Shown piece by piece: positions 25,562-37,304 of a stretch of 64,000 nt of DNA (its first letter is position 1; each line of letters opens with the position of its first letter). The DNA is from Rudaea sp. (GTDB lineage Bacteria; Pseudomonadota; Gammaproteobacteria; Xanthomonadales; Rhodanobacteraceae). Where the stretch lies: the NCBI GenBank assembly GCA_050737915.1, contig JBOHYL010000019.1:6927-70926 (forward strand). The letters run 5' to 3'. The notes below the pieces were generated by a model. That model was not told where the DNA came from, ran no database searches, and saw only the letters and a program-made list of their open reading frames with translations. The position numbers were made by a program, and so were the translations under genes.

Positions 25562-27055
25562 TCAGGCTTCGGCCTCCGTGCGCGCCGCCATGATCAAATC
25601 GCCTGCGCGCTGTTCATCCATGCCTACAATCGCCATTTCCATCAGTTCGAAGGTGGCAAGGTCGGCCAGATTCTCGCGCGTGACGACGGCGTGCTGGGCG
25701 AGTTCGAACGCAGTTGCCTCGTCCATGCCGTCCACCGCAAGCAGATCGTCGGCGGGCTTGTTGTCCTCGATGTCCTCCTCGACCGCCAGCGCCTCGGTGA
25801 GCAGCGCGTCGCGGGCGCGAGCGCGCAATTCCTCGACGATGTTTTCGTCGAAACCTTCGATCGCCAGCAATTCGCCGGTCGGCACATAGGCGATTTCCTC
25901 GACCGTGGTGAACCCTTCCTGCACGAGGATGCCGGCAATTTCCGTATCGACTTCGAGTTTTTCCTGGAACAGCGCGCGCGCCGCCGCCTGTTCGGTTTCG
26001 GATTTTTGCGCGACCTGATCCTGGGTCATGACGTTCAACTGCCAACCGGTCAGCTTGCTGGCCAGGCGCACGTTCTGTCCTCCGCGTCCGATCGCTTGCG
26101 ATAGCTTGTCCTCAACCACCGCGATATCCATGGAGTGTTTTTCCTCGTCCATGATGATCGACTGCACTTCGGCCGGAGCCATTGCATTGATCACGAATTG
26201 CGCCGGATTGTCGTTCCACAACACGATGTCGATGCGTTCGCCGTTGAGCTCGTTCGACACTGCCTGCACGCGCGAGCCGCGCATGCCGATGCAGGCGCCG
26301 ATCGGATCGGTGCGGTTGTCGTGCGCGAGTACGGCGATCTTGGCGCGGTCGCCGGGGTCGCGCGCGGCGCCCTTGATCTCGACCAAGCCCTGGCCCACCT
26401 CGGGCACTTCGAGCTTGAACAACTCCATCATGAATTCCGGTGCAGTGCGCGAAACAAATAATTGCGGTCCGCGCGGTTCTGGCCGCACCTCGTACAGGTA
26501 ACCGCGCATGCGATCGCCTGCGCGCACCGCTTCGCGCGGAATCGCCCTGTCGCGCGGGATGTATGCCTCGGCGTTGCCGCCCAGATCCAGAAATACGCTG
26601 CCGCGCTCCACCCGCTTGACCACGCCGGTGAACAATTCGCCAACGCGATCCTTGTAGGCATCGACCAGCTGCGCGCGCTCGGCTTCGCGCACGCGTTGCA
26701 CGATCACCTGCTTGGCAGTCTGCGCTGCGATGCGCCCGAACTCGGGGTTGTCGATGGGTTCTTCGATAAACTCGCCGACCTGGATCTCAGGATGCGTTTC
26801 CACCGCATCCATCAGTCGCAACTGACGATCCGGCGATTCCATCACTACATCGTCTGCCACCACTTCCCAGCGGCGGAAGGTTTCGTAGTCGCCGGTATGC
26901 GTGTCGATCGCCACGCGCGTGACCACATCCTCGTTGAAATAGCGTTTCTTTGCCGCCGACGCGAGCGCGGCTTCCATCGCCTCGAATATGACGTTTTGCT
27001 CCACGCCCTTCTCGTTGGCGACCGCTTCGACAACCATCAAAAGCTCTTTGCTCAT
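25562..27055 (-). CDS. nusA: transcription termination/antitermination factor NusA
   Basis: 497 aa, [18 protein letters not shown]..., with S1/KH regions and an acidic C-terminal repeat region. Confidence 0.95.
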   Translation of the reverse strand: MSKELLMVVEAVANEKGVEQNVIFEAMEAALASAAKKRYFNEDVVTRVAIDTHTGDYETFRRWEVVADDVVMESPDRQLRLMDAVETHPEIQVGEFIEEPIDNPEFGRIAAQTAKQVIVQRVREAERAQLVDAYKDRVGELFTGVVKRVERGSVFLDLGGNAEAYIPRDRAIPREAVRAGDRMRGYLYEVRPEPRGPQLFVSRTAPEFMMELFKLEVPEVGQGLVEIKGAARDPGDRAKIAVLAHDNRTDPIGACIGMRGSRVQAVSNELNGERIDIVLWNDNPAQFVINAMAPAEVQSIIMDEEKHSMDIAVVEDKLSQAIGRGGQNVRLASKLTGWQLNVMTQDQVAQKSETEQAAARALFQEKLEVDTEIAGILVQEGFTTVEEIAYVPTGELLAIEGFDENIVEELRARARDALLTEALAVEEDIEDNKPADDLLAVDGMDEATAFELAQHAVVTRENLADLATFELMEMAIVGMDEQRAGDLIMAARTEAEA

Positions 27056-27070
27056 TGCTGCACTCTCATT

Positions 27071-27580
27071 TCAATTCTTCGACTGCTTGCCCTTGCCGGG
27101 TTTGCCTGCTGGCACACCAAAATCCGGCACGAGCTTGGCCTTGTGAATGTTGCCGTGCGCAATCCGCACTGCCGATCCATCCTGTTCGACGACCACTTCC
27201 GTACCCTCCACTGCCAGAATCGCACCCTGGAAACGGCGCCGCCCGGCGATGGCGATATTCACTTCCACTTTCGCCTGCTGTCCGCAAAACCGCACGAAAT
27301 GTTCCGGCGTATAAAGCGGTCGATCCAGACCTGGCGAGGAAACCTCCAGCGTATAGCGACCCTGCACCGGATCGTGCACATCGAGCGTCGCCGACACCTG
27401 GCGACTGACCGCCTCGCAATCCTCCACCGTCACTGCACGCTCCGGCGCGTCGATATACACGCGCACCAGACCGTTGCCGTGCGACGGACTGTACTCGACG
27501 CCCAGGCATTCCAGTCCCATGTCCGCCACCACCGGCGCCAGCAATGCGGTCAATTCCTCGTTTCGCATGACAAAACTCAT
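27071..27580 (-). CDS. rimP: ribosome maturation factor RimP
   Basis: 169 aa, immediately upstream of nusA, with LEVSSPGLDRPL. Confidence 0.9.
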   Translation of the reverse strand: MSFVMRNEELTALLAPVVADMGLECLGVEYSPSHGNGLVRVYIDAPERAVTVEDCEAVSRQVSATLDVHDPVQGRYTLEVSSPGLDRPLYTPEHFVRFCGQQAKVEVNIAIAGRRRFQGAILAVEGTEVVVEQDGSAVRIAHGNIHKAKLVPDFGVPAGKPGKGKQSKN

Positions 27581-27711
27581 TGCGCTGGCGGAACCTGCTT
27601 GGCACAGGCAAGTGCCAACGCAGCAAGCGCCAGCGCTTGCTGCGGCAAACGTGGCGCGGCTTCGCCGCGATCGTTTGCGTGCGAACCGCGGCTGGAAACC
27701 CGGTTTCGCAC

Positions 27712-27738
27712 AAATAAAAAATGGGCACTAGGCCCATT
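27712..27738 (-). terminator. intrinsic terminator/attenuator between tRNA-fMet and rimP
   Basis: The minus strand reads AATGGGC-CTAGT-GCCCATT followed by TTTTTATTT. A further 11-bp perfect palindrome (27620-27643, GCAGCAAGCGC-CA-GCGCTTGCTGC) lies in the rimP leader. Confidence 0.65.
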
Positions 27739-27808
27739 CCGTAGTCCGCCGTTGTCTCGCATCCAAACATCGGCAACGCGCATCCTGCGCTGGGTAAAAT
27801 TAATACGT

Positions 27809-27885
27809 TGGTAGCGGGGGCAGGATTTGAACCTGCGACCTTCGGGTTATGAGCCCGACGAGCTGCCAGACTGCTCCACCCCGCA
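27809..27885 (-). tRNA. metY: initiator tRNA-fMet (anticodon CAU)
   Basis: The reverse complement is TGCGGGGTGGAGCAGTCTGGCAGCTCGTCGGGCTCATAACCCGAAGGTCGCAGGTTCAAATCCTGCCCCCGCTACCA. It has an unpaired 1:72 position, three G-C pairs closing the anticodon stem, the CAU anticodon and an encoded CCA. Its position upstream of rimP-nusA-infB matches E. coli metY. Confidence 0.9.
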
Positions 27886-27969
27886 CCGGCGAACGCCCAT
27901 TGTAACCAGGCGCATGACTTTTTTGCAACACAAGCCGAATTGAAAACGTAGCGAGCGAAGGCAGATTGC

Positions 27970-28040
27970 GGGGCGCCGGCGCGCAGGAACCGGAGTTTAC
28001 TTGAATGTAAATGAGGATTCCGAGCACCGCCGGCGCGCGA
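27970..28040. repeat. repeat copy A: AT-rich core CGGAGTTTACTTGAATGTAAATGAGGATTCCGAG (27991-28024) bracketed by GCGCCGGCGC-type palindromes
   Basis: Read directly from the sequence. The core contains a small hairpin, TTTAC-N6-GTAAA. The flanks GGCGCCGGCGCGC and CGCCGGCGCGCG can pair with each other. It lies downstream of rpmA and its terminator. Confidence 0.6.
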
Positions 28041-28079
28041 GCTGCCGAGCGCAGCAGATTTCGAGATTGGTTTCTACAC

Positions 28080-28108
28080 AAAAACGAAGCCCCGCGCGAG
28101 GCGGGGCT
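28080..28108 (-). terminator. rho-independent terminator of rplU-rpmA
   Basis: The minus strand reads AGCCCCGC-CTCGC-GCGGGGCT then TCGTTTTT, 25 nt after the rpmA stop. Confidence 0.75.
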
Positions 28109-28133
28109 CTGTCGAAACGCTGGCGAAAGCCGT

Positions 28134-28391
28134 TCAGGCCTTGGCCACGCTCACTGTTCTGCGGCTCTTGGCGCCCTTGATGCCGAATTCAACCTTGCCG
28201 TCGACCAGCGCGAACAAGGTGTGATCGCGGCCGAGACCGACTCCGGCGCCCGGATGGAACTGGGTGCCGCGCTGGCGCACGATGATGTTGCCCGCTTCCA
28301 CGGCCTGACCGCCAAAGATCTTCACGCCGAGGTATTTCGGATTGGAATCGCGGCCGTTACGGGTACTGCCGCCTGCTTTTTTATGTGCCAT
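28134..28391 (-). CDS. rpmA: 50S ribosomal protein L27
   Basis: 85 aa, [24 protein letters not shown]... Confidence 0.95.
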   Translation of the reverse strand: MAHKKAGGSTRNGRDSNPKYLGVKIFGGQAVEAGNIIVRQRGTQFHPGAGVGLGRDHTLFALVDGKVEFGIKGAKSRRTVSVAKA

Positions 28392-28428
28392 GACTGTGTT
28401 GCCTCTCTGGGTTCCCCTTTCCTCTAAG

Positions 28429-28524
28429 GCGACGCGCCGGTTAGGCGCGAGGCGGCGAGAAAAGCGGAGTTTATGTGTTAGTAAATGAGCATTTTCGAGA
28501 CGTCGATTAACGACGCCGGCGCTA
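28429..28524. repeat. repeat copy B: core CGGAGTTTATGTGTTAGTAAATGAGCATTTTCGAG (28465-28499) with GC-rich pairing flanks, in the rplU-rpmA spacer
   Basis: Same orientation as copy A and near-identical to it at CGGAGTTTA...GTAAATGAG...ATT..CGAG. It accounts for the unusually long 136-nt rplU-rpmA spacer. Confidence 0.6.
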
Positions 28525-28527
28525 GCC

Positions 28528-28839
28528 TCACTTGGAAATGCCGGTGATTTCGACCTCGGTGTAGTGTTGCCGATGTCCCATCTGCTTCATGTGATGCTTG
28601 CGGCGACGGAACTTGATGATGCGCACCTTGTCGGCGCGACCCTGCGCGGTGACCTTGGCGGCCACGCTGGCGCCAGCCACGAGCGGCGTGCCAACGGTGA
28701 TACCGTCGCCTTCGCCGACCAACAGCACCTGGTCGAACTTGACCGCGGCGCCGACATCGGCCTCGATCTTTTCCACACGCAGGGTCTCGCCCTGCATGAC
28801 GCGGTATTGCTTACCGCCGGTCTTGATGACTGCGTACAT
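28528..28839 (-). CDS. rplU: 50S ribosomal protein L21
   Basis: The real start is [14 protein letters not shown] at 28839. The track ORF to 28920 is a 5' extension. Confidence 0.95.
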   Translation of the reverse strand: MYAVIKTGGKQYRVMQGETLRVEKIEADVGAAVKFDQVLLVGEGDGITVGTPLVAGASVAAKVTAQGRADKVRIIKFRRRKHHMKQMGHRQHYTEVEITGISK

Positions 28840-29062
28840 GACAACCTCGATTCTGTAGTTATTCTGGACAAATCCACAAAGTGGACTGCGCATTGTACCG
28901 GCGTCCAAATCCAAGGTCAACGCGCGATCAATGAAAAAACCCCGCCTTTCCCGCTACTTGGCGCCGATCCCCGCCCGGGTGAACGGCGCGGCCCGGACAT
29001 GGCAAATGCCATGCCTTGACGATCGCGTTATAGTAGTCCGTTGACCCGCACCCGGCCCGTTC

Positions 29063-31909
29063 ATGGACTTCATCCGCATCCGCGGCGCACGCACGCATAA
29101 CCTGAAAAACATCGATCTGGACCTGCCGCGCGACAGCCTGATCGTGATTACCGGCCTGTCAGGCTCGGGCAAATCCTCGCTTGCGTTCGACACCATCTAC
29201 GCCGAAGGCCAGCGTCGCTACGTCGAATCGCTGTCGGCCTATGCGCGACAGTTTCTTTCGGTGATGGAAAAGCCCGATGTGGATCACATCGAAGGCTTGT
29301 CGCCGGCGATTTCCATCGAGCAGAAATCCACCTCGCACAACCCGCGCTCGACGGTCGGCACGATCACGGAAGTGTACGACTACCTGCGCCTGCTGTTCGC
29401 CCGCGTCGGCACGCCGCGTTGCCCGGATCATTCCATTCCGCTAGCGGCGCAAACCGTGAGCCAGATGGTCGATGCGGCCCTGGCGATGAATCCGGAACAC
29501 CGCTACATGCTGCTCGCACCGGTTGTGCGCGAGCGCAAGGGCGAACATGTGCAGGTGTTCGAACAGCTGCGTGCGCAGGGTTTCGTGCGCGCGCGCGTCG
29601 ACGGGGAGCTGCACGAACTCGATGCGACTCCCGCACTGGCATTGCGCGTCAAGCACACCATCGAAGCGGTGATCGACCGCTTTCGCCCGGCGCCGGATCT
29701 CAAACAGCGCCTGGCCGAATCGTTCGAGACCGCGTTGCGCCTCGGCGACGGCATTGCGATCCTCGCGAACATGGACGACGCCAAGGCGGCGCCGACCGTG
29801 TTTTCGTCGCGCTATTCGTGCCCGGTCTGCGACTACTCGTTGCCCGAACTCGAACCGCGTCTGTTCTCGTTCAACTCACCGATCGGCGCCTGCGGCACTT
29901 GCGACGGCCTCGGCGTGACCCAGGTGTTCGATGCCGCGCGCGTGGTCGTGCATCCAAACCTCAGTCTGGCCGCCGGTGCCGTGCGCGGCTGGGATCGGCG
30001 CAACATGTACTACTTCCAGCTCATCCTGTCGCTGGCCCGGCATTACAAGTTCGACATCGACACACCATGGGAACAGTTGCCGGAGGGCATCCGCCATGCG
30101 GTGTTGTACGGGTCTGGCGACGAGCAGATCGCGTTTCGCTACCTGACCGAATCCGGCGGCAACGTCACCCGCAAGCACCGCTTCGAGGGCATCGTGCCGA
30201 ATCTGGAACGGCGCTATCGCGAAACCGAATCGCCAGCGGTGCGCGAGGAGTTGTCCAAGTTCATCAGCGAACGCCCCTGCCCCGACTGCCATGGCGAACG
30301 CCTCAACCGCAGCGCGCGCAATGTCTTCGTCGGGGACGAAAACCTGCCGCGCCTGACCGCGCTGCCGATTGATCAGGCCCTGGAATTTTTCCGCCAACTG
30401 TCCCTGAGCGGCTGGCGCGGCGAAATCGCGGCGAAGATCGTCAAGGAAATCCGCGAGCGACTGCGCTTTCTGGTCGATGTCGGTTTGGACTATCTGACTC
30501 TGGATCGCCAGGCCGATTCGTTGTCTGGCGGCGAAGCGCAACGCATTCGTCTCGCCAGTCAGATCGGTGCCGGACTGGTCGGCGTGATGTACGTGCTGGA
30601 CGAGCCCTCGATCGGCCTGCATCAACGCGACAACGAACGCCTGCTGGGCACATTGAGCCGGCTGCGCGACCTCGGCAACACCGTGATTGTGGTCGAACAC
30701 GACGAAGATGCGATCCGCGCCGCCGACCACATCGTCGATATCGGGCCCGGTGCCGGCGTGCACGGCGGCGAAATCGTCGCCCAGGGAACACTCAAGGATG
30801 TGCTCGCCGCACCGCGATCGCTTACCGGCAATTACCTTGCCGGGCGCACAGCCATCGCGGTGCCGCGCGAGCGCCATGCGCCGGATCCGCAACTGACCCT
30901 GCGCCTGCTCGGGGCCTCGGGCAACAATCTCAAAGACATCGATCTGGAAATTCCGGCCGGTCTGTTCGTGTGTGTGACCGGCGTATCCGGCTCCGGCAAA
31001 TCGACGCTGATCAATGACACGCTGTTCCGCTACACCGCAGCCGAGCTCAACGGCGCGAACGCAACACCGGCGCCGTTCCGCAAAATCGAGGGTTTGGAAC
31101 TGTTCGACAAGGTGGTCGATATCGACCAGTCGCCAATCGGACGCACACCGCGCAGCAATCCGGCGACATACACCGGCCTGTTAACCCCACTGCGCGAATT
31201 GTTCGCCCAGGTACCAGAAGCGCGCGCGCGCGGCTATCAGCCTGGCCGTTTCAGTTTTAACGTCAAGGGCGGCCGCTGCGAGGCCTGCGAGGGCGACGGC
31301 CTGATCAAGGTCGAGATGCATTTCCTGCCGGATGTGTATGTCGCCTGCGACGTCTGTCACGGCAAACGCTACAATCGCGAGACGCTGGAAATCCTGTACA
31401 AGGGCCACACGATTTCCGATGTGTTGCAGATGACCGTCGAGGATGCTCTGAAATTGTTCGAGAACATTCCGGCACTGGCGCGCAAGCTCGAAACGCTGGT
31501 CGACGTCGGCCTGTCCTACATCAAGCTTGGCCAGAGCGCGACGACACTGTCCGGTGGCGAGGCGCAGCGCGTGAAACTCTCACGCGAGCTGTCCAAACGC
31601 GACACCGGGCGCACACTGTACATTCTCGATGAACCGACCACCGGATTGCACTTCCACGACATCGAGCAGTTGCTGCGCGTGCTGCACCGGTTGCGCGACG
31701 ACGGCAACACGGTCGTGGTGATCGAACACAATCTCGATGTGATCAAGACCGCCGACTGGATCGTGGATCTGGGCCCGGAAGGCGGCGATCGCGGCGGCCG
31801 CATCATCGCTGTCGGCACACCCGAGCAGATCGCGAGCGACAAGCAATCGCACACCGGGCGCTTTCTTGCGCGTGCGCTCGGCAACGGCAAAAAACGGCAG
31901 GCAGCATGA
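29063..31909 (+). CDS. uvrA: excinuclease ABC subunit A
   Basis: 948 aa, [58 protein letters not shown]..., with two ABC modules and zinc-finger cysteines. Confidence 0.97.
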   Translation: MDFIRIRGARTHNLKNIDLDLPRDSLIVITGLSGSGKSSLAFDTIYAEGQRRYVESLSAYARQFLSVMEKPDVDHIEGLSPAISIEQKSTSHNPRSTVGTITEVYDYLRLLFARVGTPRCPDHSIPLAAQTVSQMVDAALAMNPEHRYMLLAPVVRERKGEHVQVFEQLRAQGFVRARVDGELHELDATPALALRVKHTIEAVIDRFRPAPDLKQRLAESFETALRLGDGIAILANMDDAKAAPTVFSSRYSCPVCDYSLPELEPRLFSFNSPIGACGTCDGLGVTQVFDAARVVVHPNLSLAAGAVRGWDRRNMYYFQLILSLARHYKFDIDTPWEQLPEGIRHAVLYGSGDEQIAFRYLTESGGNVTRKHRFEGIVPNLERRYRETESPAVREELSKFISERPCPDCHGERLNRSARNVFVGDENLPRLTALPIDQALEFFRQLSLSGWRGEIAAKIVKEIRERLRFLVDVGLDYLTLDRQADSLSGGEAQRIRLASQIGAGLVGVMYVLDEPSIGLHQRDNERLLGTLSRLRDLGNTVIVVEHDEDAIRAADHIVDIGPGAGVHGGEIVAQGTLKDVLAAPRSLTGNYLAGRTAIAVPRERHAPDPQLTLRLLGASGNNLKDIDLEIPAGLFVCVTGVSGSGKSTLINDTLFRYTAAELNGANATPAPFRKIEGLELFDKVVDIDQSPIGRTPRSNPATYTGLLTPLRELFAQVPEARARGYQPGRFSFNVKGGRCEACEGDGLIKVEMHFLPDVYVACDVCHGKRYNRETLEILYKGHTISDVLQMTVEDALKLFENIPALARKLETLVDVGLSYIKLGQSATTLSGGEAQRVKLSRELSKRDTGRTLYILDEPTTGLHFHDIEQLLRVLHRLRDDGNTVVVIEHNLDVIKTADWIVDLGPEGGDRGGRIIAVGTPEQIASDKQSHTGRFLARALGNGKKRQAA

Positions 31910-32316
31910 GCAGCGTACCGCTGTTGATCCGGTTTCCGATCACGCTGCGCTGGCGCGATCTGGACGCATTCAATCACGTCAACAATTCGACCTTTCTCAC
32001 GTATCTGGAAGAGACGCGCCTGCAATGGTTTACACACATCCCGGGGCCGTGGTGCGGCGAGCAGTTCATGCCGGTCGTGGCGGCGGTGAACATCAACTAC
32101 CGCGCACAACTGTCCTGGCCAGGCGAGATCGCGGTGGAACTTGCCTGCCAACGACTGGGCAATAGCTCAATTACGCTGGCGCATCGCATCGTAGCTGCCC
32201 GCGATGATGCGCGGCTCTACAGCGACGGCAATGTAGTGCTGGTATGGATCGATCCGCGCACCAGCAAACCCGTCGCTCTGCCAGAGGCAGTGCGCCACGC
32301 GTGTGAGCCGCGCTGA
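31906..32316 (+). CDS. acyl-CoA thioesterase (4HBT/YbgC-like hotdog fold)
   Basis: 136 aa, with [24 protein letters not shown] typical of 4HBT thioesterases. It has an ATGA overlap with uvrA. Confidence 0.8.
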   Translation: MSSVPLLIRFPITLRWRDLDAFNHVNNSTFLTYLEETRLQWFTHIPGPWCGEQFMPVVAAVNINYRAQLSWPGEIAVELACQRLGNSSITLAHRIVAARDDARLYSDGNVVLVWIDPRTSKPVALPEAVRHACEPR

Positions 32317-32379
32317 GGATGAGGCGGAATCCGCGCAGCTTTCGCTTATGATAGCCGCGTACCTTTTGCGAGAATCTCC

Positions 32380-33147
32380 ATGCTCGAATCCATTCACCAC
32401 GACGCCATTCTCGAACTGCGCATGGCGCGGCCGCCGGTCAATGCGCTCAATCCGGAACTCGTGCGCCGCCTGCGCACGGCAGTGGAGCAAGCCGATGCGC
32501 AAGGCGCGCGCGGCATCGTGCTGTGCGGCCAGCCCGGCATGTTTTCCGCAGGACTCGATGTACCCGAACTGCTGCGTCTGGATCGCGCTGCGCTTATCGC
32601 GTTCTGGCTGGATTTCTTCGGCCTGTGCGCGGCGCTGGCCTGCTCGCCTATTCCGGTAGTTGCGGCGATCGGCGGGCATAGTCCGGCCGGCGGCGCGGTC
32701 CTGTCGATCTTCTGCGATTATCGCGTGATGGCACACAGTGTCGATGCGGCCAAACCATTCCGCATCGGTTTGAACGAGGTCAAGGTGGGTCTTTCCGTGC
32801 CCGAAGTCATCCAGTGCGCGTTGCGCCGGCTGGTCGGCACGTATCGCGCCGAACGCATGATGGTGGCGGGGCAAATGCTCGACTCGGAACAGGCACTGGC
32901 GATTGGGCTGGTTGACGAGTTGACCGATGTCGATGCGGTTGCGCCGCGCGCGCTGGAGTGGTTGCGCGAGTTGCTCACGCTGCCGCCACAGGCAATGTCC
33001 GCCACGCGCACGCTGGCGCGCGCGGATTTGATCGACCTGTTCGTCGACCCGACGCAATTGTCGGTGGAGGAATTCGCCGACGCGTGGTTCGGCGCAGAAA
33101 CCCAGACGACGCTCAAGGCATTGGTGGCGCAGCTGGGCAAGCGCTAG
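32380..33147 (+). CDS. enoyl-CoA hydratase/isomerase family protein
   Basis: 255 aa, with the crotonase pattern RPPVNALN...GMFSAGLDV...AIGGHSPAGGAVL. Confidence 0.85.
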   Translation: MLESIHHDAILELRMARPPVNALNPELVRRLRTAVEQADAQGARGIVLCGQPGMFSAGLDVPELLRLDRAALIAFWLDFFGLCAALACSPIPVVAAIGGHSPAGGAVLSIFCDYRVMAHSVDAAKPFRIGLNEVKVGLSVPEVIQCALRRLVGTYRAERMMVAGQMLDSEQALAIGLVDELTDVDAVAPRALEWLRELLTLPPQAMSATRTLARADLIDLFVDPTQLSVEEFADAWFGAETQTTLKALVAQLGKR

Positions 33148-33956
33148 GCAACGTCCGTCGCGAGTACCTGATCCAGACTGTAGCGACCCGGTTCGCGATG
33201 CGCGATCCAGACAGCTGCGGCAAGCGCGCCGCGCGCGAAAATGTCGCGATTGCCTGCTCGATGAACGAGCTCCAGGCGTTCGCCAGTCGTCGCAAACACG
33301 ACACTGTGTTCACCTGCGACATCGCCGCCTCGCAACGCGGCAAAACCGATTTCCCCGCTCCGGCGCGGCCCTGGCTGACCATGGCGCGCGTACACAGCTT
33401 CGGCGTCCAGACTCGTAGCGCGTGCCTCGGCCACTGCCGCGCCGAGCGCGAGCGCAGTGCCGGAAGGCGCATCCTGCTTGCGCGCGTGATGCATTTCCAG
33501 AATCTCGCAATCCCAATCGGGCAACGCCGCGGCGACACGCCGTACGGCACGCAACAACATGGCCACGCCGAGGCTGAAATTCGCTGTCCACAACACCGGG
33601 ATCACCTGCGCTGCGCGGTCCAGCGCCGCTAGTTGTTCGTCGCGCAGACCGGTGCTGCCGCTGACGAAGGCCGCACGCCGCTGCAAAGCCAGCGCGAGTG
33701 CGGCATCGAACGCGTGCGCACCGCTGAAATCGACCAAGACGTCGCAGGGCGTGTCCGGATCGAGCGATGTGGAAAAATCAACATTGCGCGGGAGTGCACC
33801 GAATACGCGATCGAGCGGTTCGTCCGCCAGTCCCGATCCGGGCTTGACCAGGGCACAGGCCAGCCGCGCCTGAACCGATTCCAGCACGCAACGAACGATC
33901 GCCTGCCCCATGCGGCCGGCGGATCCATGAACCACGATATTGACAGGGTCGCTCAT
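33144..33956 (-). CDS. dapB: 4-hydroxy-tetrahydrodipicolinate reductase
   Basis: 270 aa, with VVHGSAGRMGQAIV (NAD binding) and EILEMHHARKQDAPSGTA (the DapB signature). Confidence 0.9.
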   Translation of the reverse strand: MSDPVNIVVHGSAGRMGQAIVRCVLESVQARLACALVKPGSGLADEPLDRVFGALPRNVDFSTSLDPDTPCDVLVDFSGAHAFDAALALALQRRAAFVSGSTGLRDEQLAALDRAAQVIPVLWTANFSLGVAMLLRAVRRVAAALPDWDCEILEMHHARKQDAPSGTALALGAAVAEARATSLDAEAVYARHGQPGPRRSGEIGFAALRGGDVAGEHSVVFATTGERLELVHRAGNRDIFARGALAAAVWIAHREPGRYSLDQVLATDVA

Positions 33957-33984
33957 GCCGCCATCCTAGCGGCAATGTCTGCGC

Positions 33985-35100
33985 TCAGGAAGTCACGCGC
34001 TCGACGAACCGCTTCACGCCGTCCAGCCACGAACTCGCCCGCGGCGTATGTGCGCGCGAGTCGTCGCCGAAGCTCGCCTCGAACTGTTCAAGCAATTCGC
34101 GCTGTTGTTTGTCGAGCTTGACCGGGGTTTCCACCACGGTGCGGCAGATCAGGTCGCCCACGTGGCCGCTGCGCACATTGCGCACGCCCTTGCCACGCAA
34201 GCGGAACAGCGCGCCGGTCTGGGTTTCGGCGGGAATCTTGATCGTTGCCTCGCCGCCGAGCGTGGGCACCTTGAGCTCGGCGCCGAGCGCGGCTTGCGAG
34301 AAACGGATCGGCACGTCGCAGAACAGGTCATCGCGTTCGCGTTGGAAGATGGCGTGTTCGCGCACCTGAACCTCGACATACAAATCGCCCGCTGGCGCGC
34401 CAGTGGGACCAGCCTCGCCCTCGCCGGCAAGGCGGATACGGTCGCCACTGTCTACGCCGGCGGGAATCTTCACCACCAGCTTTTTCTCGTGCTGCACGCG
34501 GCCTTCGCCGTGGCAGGATTTGCACGGATGCGCGATCTTGCGGCCCGACCCGGCGCAATGCGGGCAGGCCTGCTGGATCGAAAAAATGCCGTTCTGCACA
34601 CGCACCCGGCCGTGTCCGCGGCACGTCGCGCACGGCGTCGTCTTGCCGTCGGCCGACCCCGAACCGGAACAATCGTCGCAGGCCGCCAGCGTTGGCACGC
34701 GGATGGTTTTTTCCGCGCCGAACACAGCTTCTTCCAGATCCAGATCGAGCAGATAGCGCAGGTCGGACCCGCCCCGCGCCCGCCCGCGCCCGCCGCCCAT
34801 GCCGAAGATGTCGGAAAAAATATCGCCGAAGATATCGCCAACATCGGCAAAGCCGCCACGGCCGCCCATGCCGTGTTCGAAAGCGGCATGACCATGGCGA
34901 TCATACAGCGCACGCTTTTCCGGATCGCACAGTACCTCGTAGGCTTCCTTGGCTTCCTTGAAACGAGCCTCGCACTCCTTGTCGCCGGGATTCCGATCAG
35001 GATGGCATTTCATCGCCAAACGACGAAACGCCGTTTTCAGCTCCACCTCGGTGACGCTGCGCTCGACGCCCAGGACTTCGTAGTAATCGCGCTTGCTCAT
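33985..35100 (-). CDS. dnaJ: molecular chaperone DnaJ
   Basis: 371 aa, with a J domain (HPD), a G/F region and four CxxCxGxG zinc motifs. Confidence 0.97.
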   Translation of the reverse strand: MSKRDYYEVLGVERSVTEVELKTAFRRLAMKCHPDRNPGDKECEARFKEAKEAYEVLCDPEKRALYDRHGHAAFEHGMGGRGGFADVGDIFGDIFSDIFGMGGGRGRARGGSDLRYLLDLDLEEAVFGAEKTIRVPTLAACDDCSGSGSADGKTTPCATCRGHGRVRVQNGIFSIQQACPHCAGSGRKIAHPCKSCHGEGRVQHEKKLVVKIPAGVDSGDRIRLAGEGEAGPTGAPAGDLYVEVQVREHAIFQRERDDLFCDVPIRFSQAALGAELKVPTLGGEATIKIPAETQTGALFRLRGKGVRNVRSGHVGDLICRTVVETPVKLDKQQRELLEQFEASFGDDSRAHTPRASSWLDGVKRFVERVTS

Positions 35101-35313
35101 TGGGCGATCATCCAGACACCCTGAACGCGATGTTCAGCGCGACCACGCTGTCGGTGAAGGCTTCGAGTCTCCCCTTTTCCATATCGGTCTCCCGCAAAAA
35201 ACCAGGCCGCCCTGCGCAACACGAGCGGCCATATTTCTTTCCGCCGAGTTGAGCGCCCGGATGGGCGCTCGAACGAGGAGAGTTGATCCGTCGGCAATGC
35301 CGACGGATAACTA

Positions 35314-37224
35314 CTATTTGTCGCCTTTAACCTCGGTGAACTCGGCGTCGACGACATCGTCCTTCGGCGCCGAACCGCCAGTGGCTTGTGCGGCCGCATC
35401 GCCTTGCCCCGCCTGACCCGCCGCCGCTGCCGCCAGCGATTGCGCAGCCTGCTCCAGCGCCGTGCACTTGGCATCGATGGCGTCCTTGTCGTCGCCCTTC
35501 ATGACCTTTTCCAGATCGGACAGCGCAGCTTCGATCGCGCCGATCTGGTCCGGCACCTTGCCGCCATGTTCCTTGATCGCCGCACGCGTGGCATGCACAA
35601 GCTGATCGGCCTTGTTGCGCGTACCGACGAGTTCGTGGAATTTCTTGTCGTCTTCCTTGTTCGCCTCGGCATCGCGCACCATGCGCTGGATCTCTTCCTC
35701 GTTCAGACCTGACCCAGCCTTGATCTCGATGCGCTGCTCTTTGCCGGTTTTCTTGTCTTTGGCCGAAACGTGCAGGATGCCGTTCGCATCGATGTCGAAC
35801 GTAACCTCGATCTGCGGCATGCCGCGCTGCGCCGGTTCGATACCGGCGAGATCGAACTTGGCCAATGCCTTGTTCGCGCTGGCACGTTCGCGCTCGCCCT
35901 GGAGCACGTGTACGGTGACTGCGCCCTGATTGTCCTCGGCGGTCGAAAATATCTGCGTGTTCTTGGTCGGGATGGTGGTGTTCTTCTCGATCAGTTTGGT
36001 CATCACGCCACCGAGTGTCTCGATACCGAGCGACAACGGCGTGACATCGAGCAGGAGCACATCCTTGACCGTACCGCCAAGTACGCCGCCCTGGATCGCC
36101 GCGCCAACAGCGACGGCTTCATCCGGGTTGACGTCCTTGCGCGGCTCCTTGCCGAAGAATTCCTTGACCGCGTCCTGCACCTTGGGCATGCGCGTCTGCC
36201 CGCCGACGAGGATGACCTCATTGATGTCGGACACCTTCAGGCCCGCATCGTTAAGCGCCGTGCGGCACGGAACCATCGTTTTCTCGATCAAATCGCCGAC
36301 CAGCGCTTCGAGCTTGGCGCGCGTGAGCTTGATGTTCAGGTGCTTCGGCCCGGATGCATCCGCCGTGATGTACGGCAAATTCACTTCAGTTTGCTGGGCA
36401 GTCGACAGCTCGATCTTGGCGCGCTCGGCAGCATCTTTCAGACGCTGCAGGGCGAGCGAATCGTTTTTCAGATCCACGCCGGATTCCTTGCGGAATTCAT
36501 CGACCAGAAAATCGATCAGGCGCTTGTCGAAGTCTTCGCCACCGAGAAACGTGTCGCCATTCGTGGCCAGCACTTCGAATTGTTTTTCGCCGTCGACTTC
36601 GGCGATCTCGATGAGCGACACGTCGAAGGTGCCGCCGCCCAGATCGTATACCGCGATCTTGCGGTCGCCGCCCTTCTTGTCGATGCCATAAGCCAACGCC
36701 GCAGCAGTCGGCTCGTTGATGATGCGCTTGACTTCCAGGCCCGCGATGCGGCCAGCGTCCTTGGTCGCCTGGCGCTGCGAATCGTTGAAGTACGCAGGCA
36801 CCGTGATGACCGCCTCAGTAACCGCTTCACCGAGAAAATCCTCGGCGGTCTTTTTCATCTTCATCAAGATCTTGGCGGAAATTTCCTGCGGCGACAGCTT
36901 CTTGCCGTCGGCGGTTTCGAGCCAGGCATCTCCGTTGTCGTGGGCAAGAATCTTGTACGGCACCAGGCCGATGTCCTTTTGCACTTCGGCATCGGTGAAC
37001 TTGCGCCCGATCAGGCGCTTGACCGCATAAAAAGTGTTCTTCGGATTGGTCACCGCCTGACGTTTGGCGGTGGCGCCGACCAGGATCTCGTTGTCCTTGA
37101 ACGCGACGATCGACGGTGTGGTGCGATCGCCTTCGGAATTCTCGATTACGCGCGCGCTCGTGCCTTCCATCACCGCGACGCAGGAATTGGTCGTGCCCAA
37201 GTCAATGCCGATGATCTTGCCCAT
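35314..37224 (-). CDS. dnaK: molecular chaperone DnaK (Hsp70)
   Basis: 636 aa, [21 protein letters not shown]... Confidence 0.98.
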   Translation of the reverse strand: MGKIIGIDLGTTNSCVAVMEGTSARVIENSEGDRTTPSIVAFKDNEILVGATAKRQAVTNPKNTFYAVKRLIGRKFTDAEVQKDIGLVPYKILAHDNGDAWLETADGKKLSPQEISAKILMKMKKTAEDFLGEAVTEAVITVPAYFNDSQRQATKDAGRIAGLEVKRIINEPTAAALAYGIDKKGGDRKIAVYDLGGGTFDVSLIEIAEVDGEKQFEVLATNGDTFLGGEDFDKRLIDFLVDEFRKESGVDLKNDSLALQRLKDAAERAKIELSTAQQTEVNLPYITADASGPKHLNIKLTRAKLEALVGDLIEKTMVPCRTALNDAGLKVSDINEVILVGGQTRMPKVQDAVKEFFGKEPRKDVNPDEAVAVGAAIQGGVLGGTVKDVLLLDVTPLSLGIETLGGVMTKLIEKNTTIPTKNTQIFSTAEDNQGAVTVHVLQGERERASANKALAKFDLAGIEPAQRGMPQIEVTFDIDANGILHVSAKDKKTGKEQRIEIKAGSGLNEEEIQRMVRDAEANKEDDKKFHELVGTRNKADQLVHATRAAIKEHGGKVPDQIGAIEAALSDLEKVMKGDDKDAIDAKCTALEQAAQSLAAAAAGQAGQGDAAAQATGGSAPKDDVVDAEFTEVKGDK

Positions 37225-37276
37225 GATTCAATCTCCGAAAAATTCAATGCGGCGCACAGGCCGCGAATGAGTTGTC

Positions 37277-37304
37277 AATTGGGGATTGTGCGATTCAATT
37301 CAAG
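37277..37304 (-). promoter_or_regulatory. sigma-32 (heat-shock) type promoter for dnaK
   Basis: The minus strand reads CTTGAAT-N13-CCCCAATT, against the consensus CTTGAAA-N13/14-CCCCATNT. It overlaps the grpE stop and lies about 50 nt upstream of the dnaK ATG. Confidence 0.55.

Noticed and set aside
28960-29062. Possible LexA/SOS box upstream of uvrA (TTATAGTAGT around 29025-29040)
   Set aside because: It is not a palindrome and does not match the xanthomonad-type TTAG-N6-TACTA box or the E. coli CTG-N10-CAG box well enough. A PWM scan would be needed.
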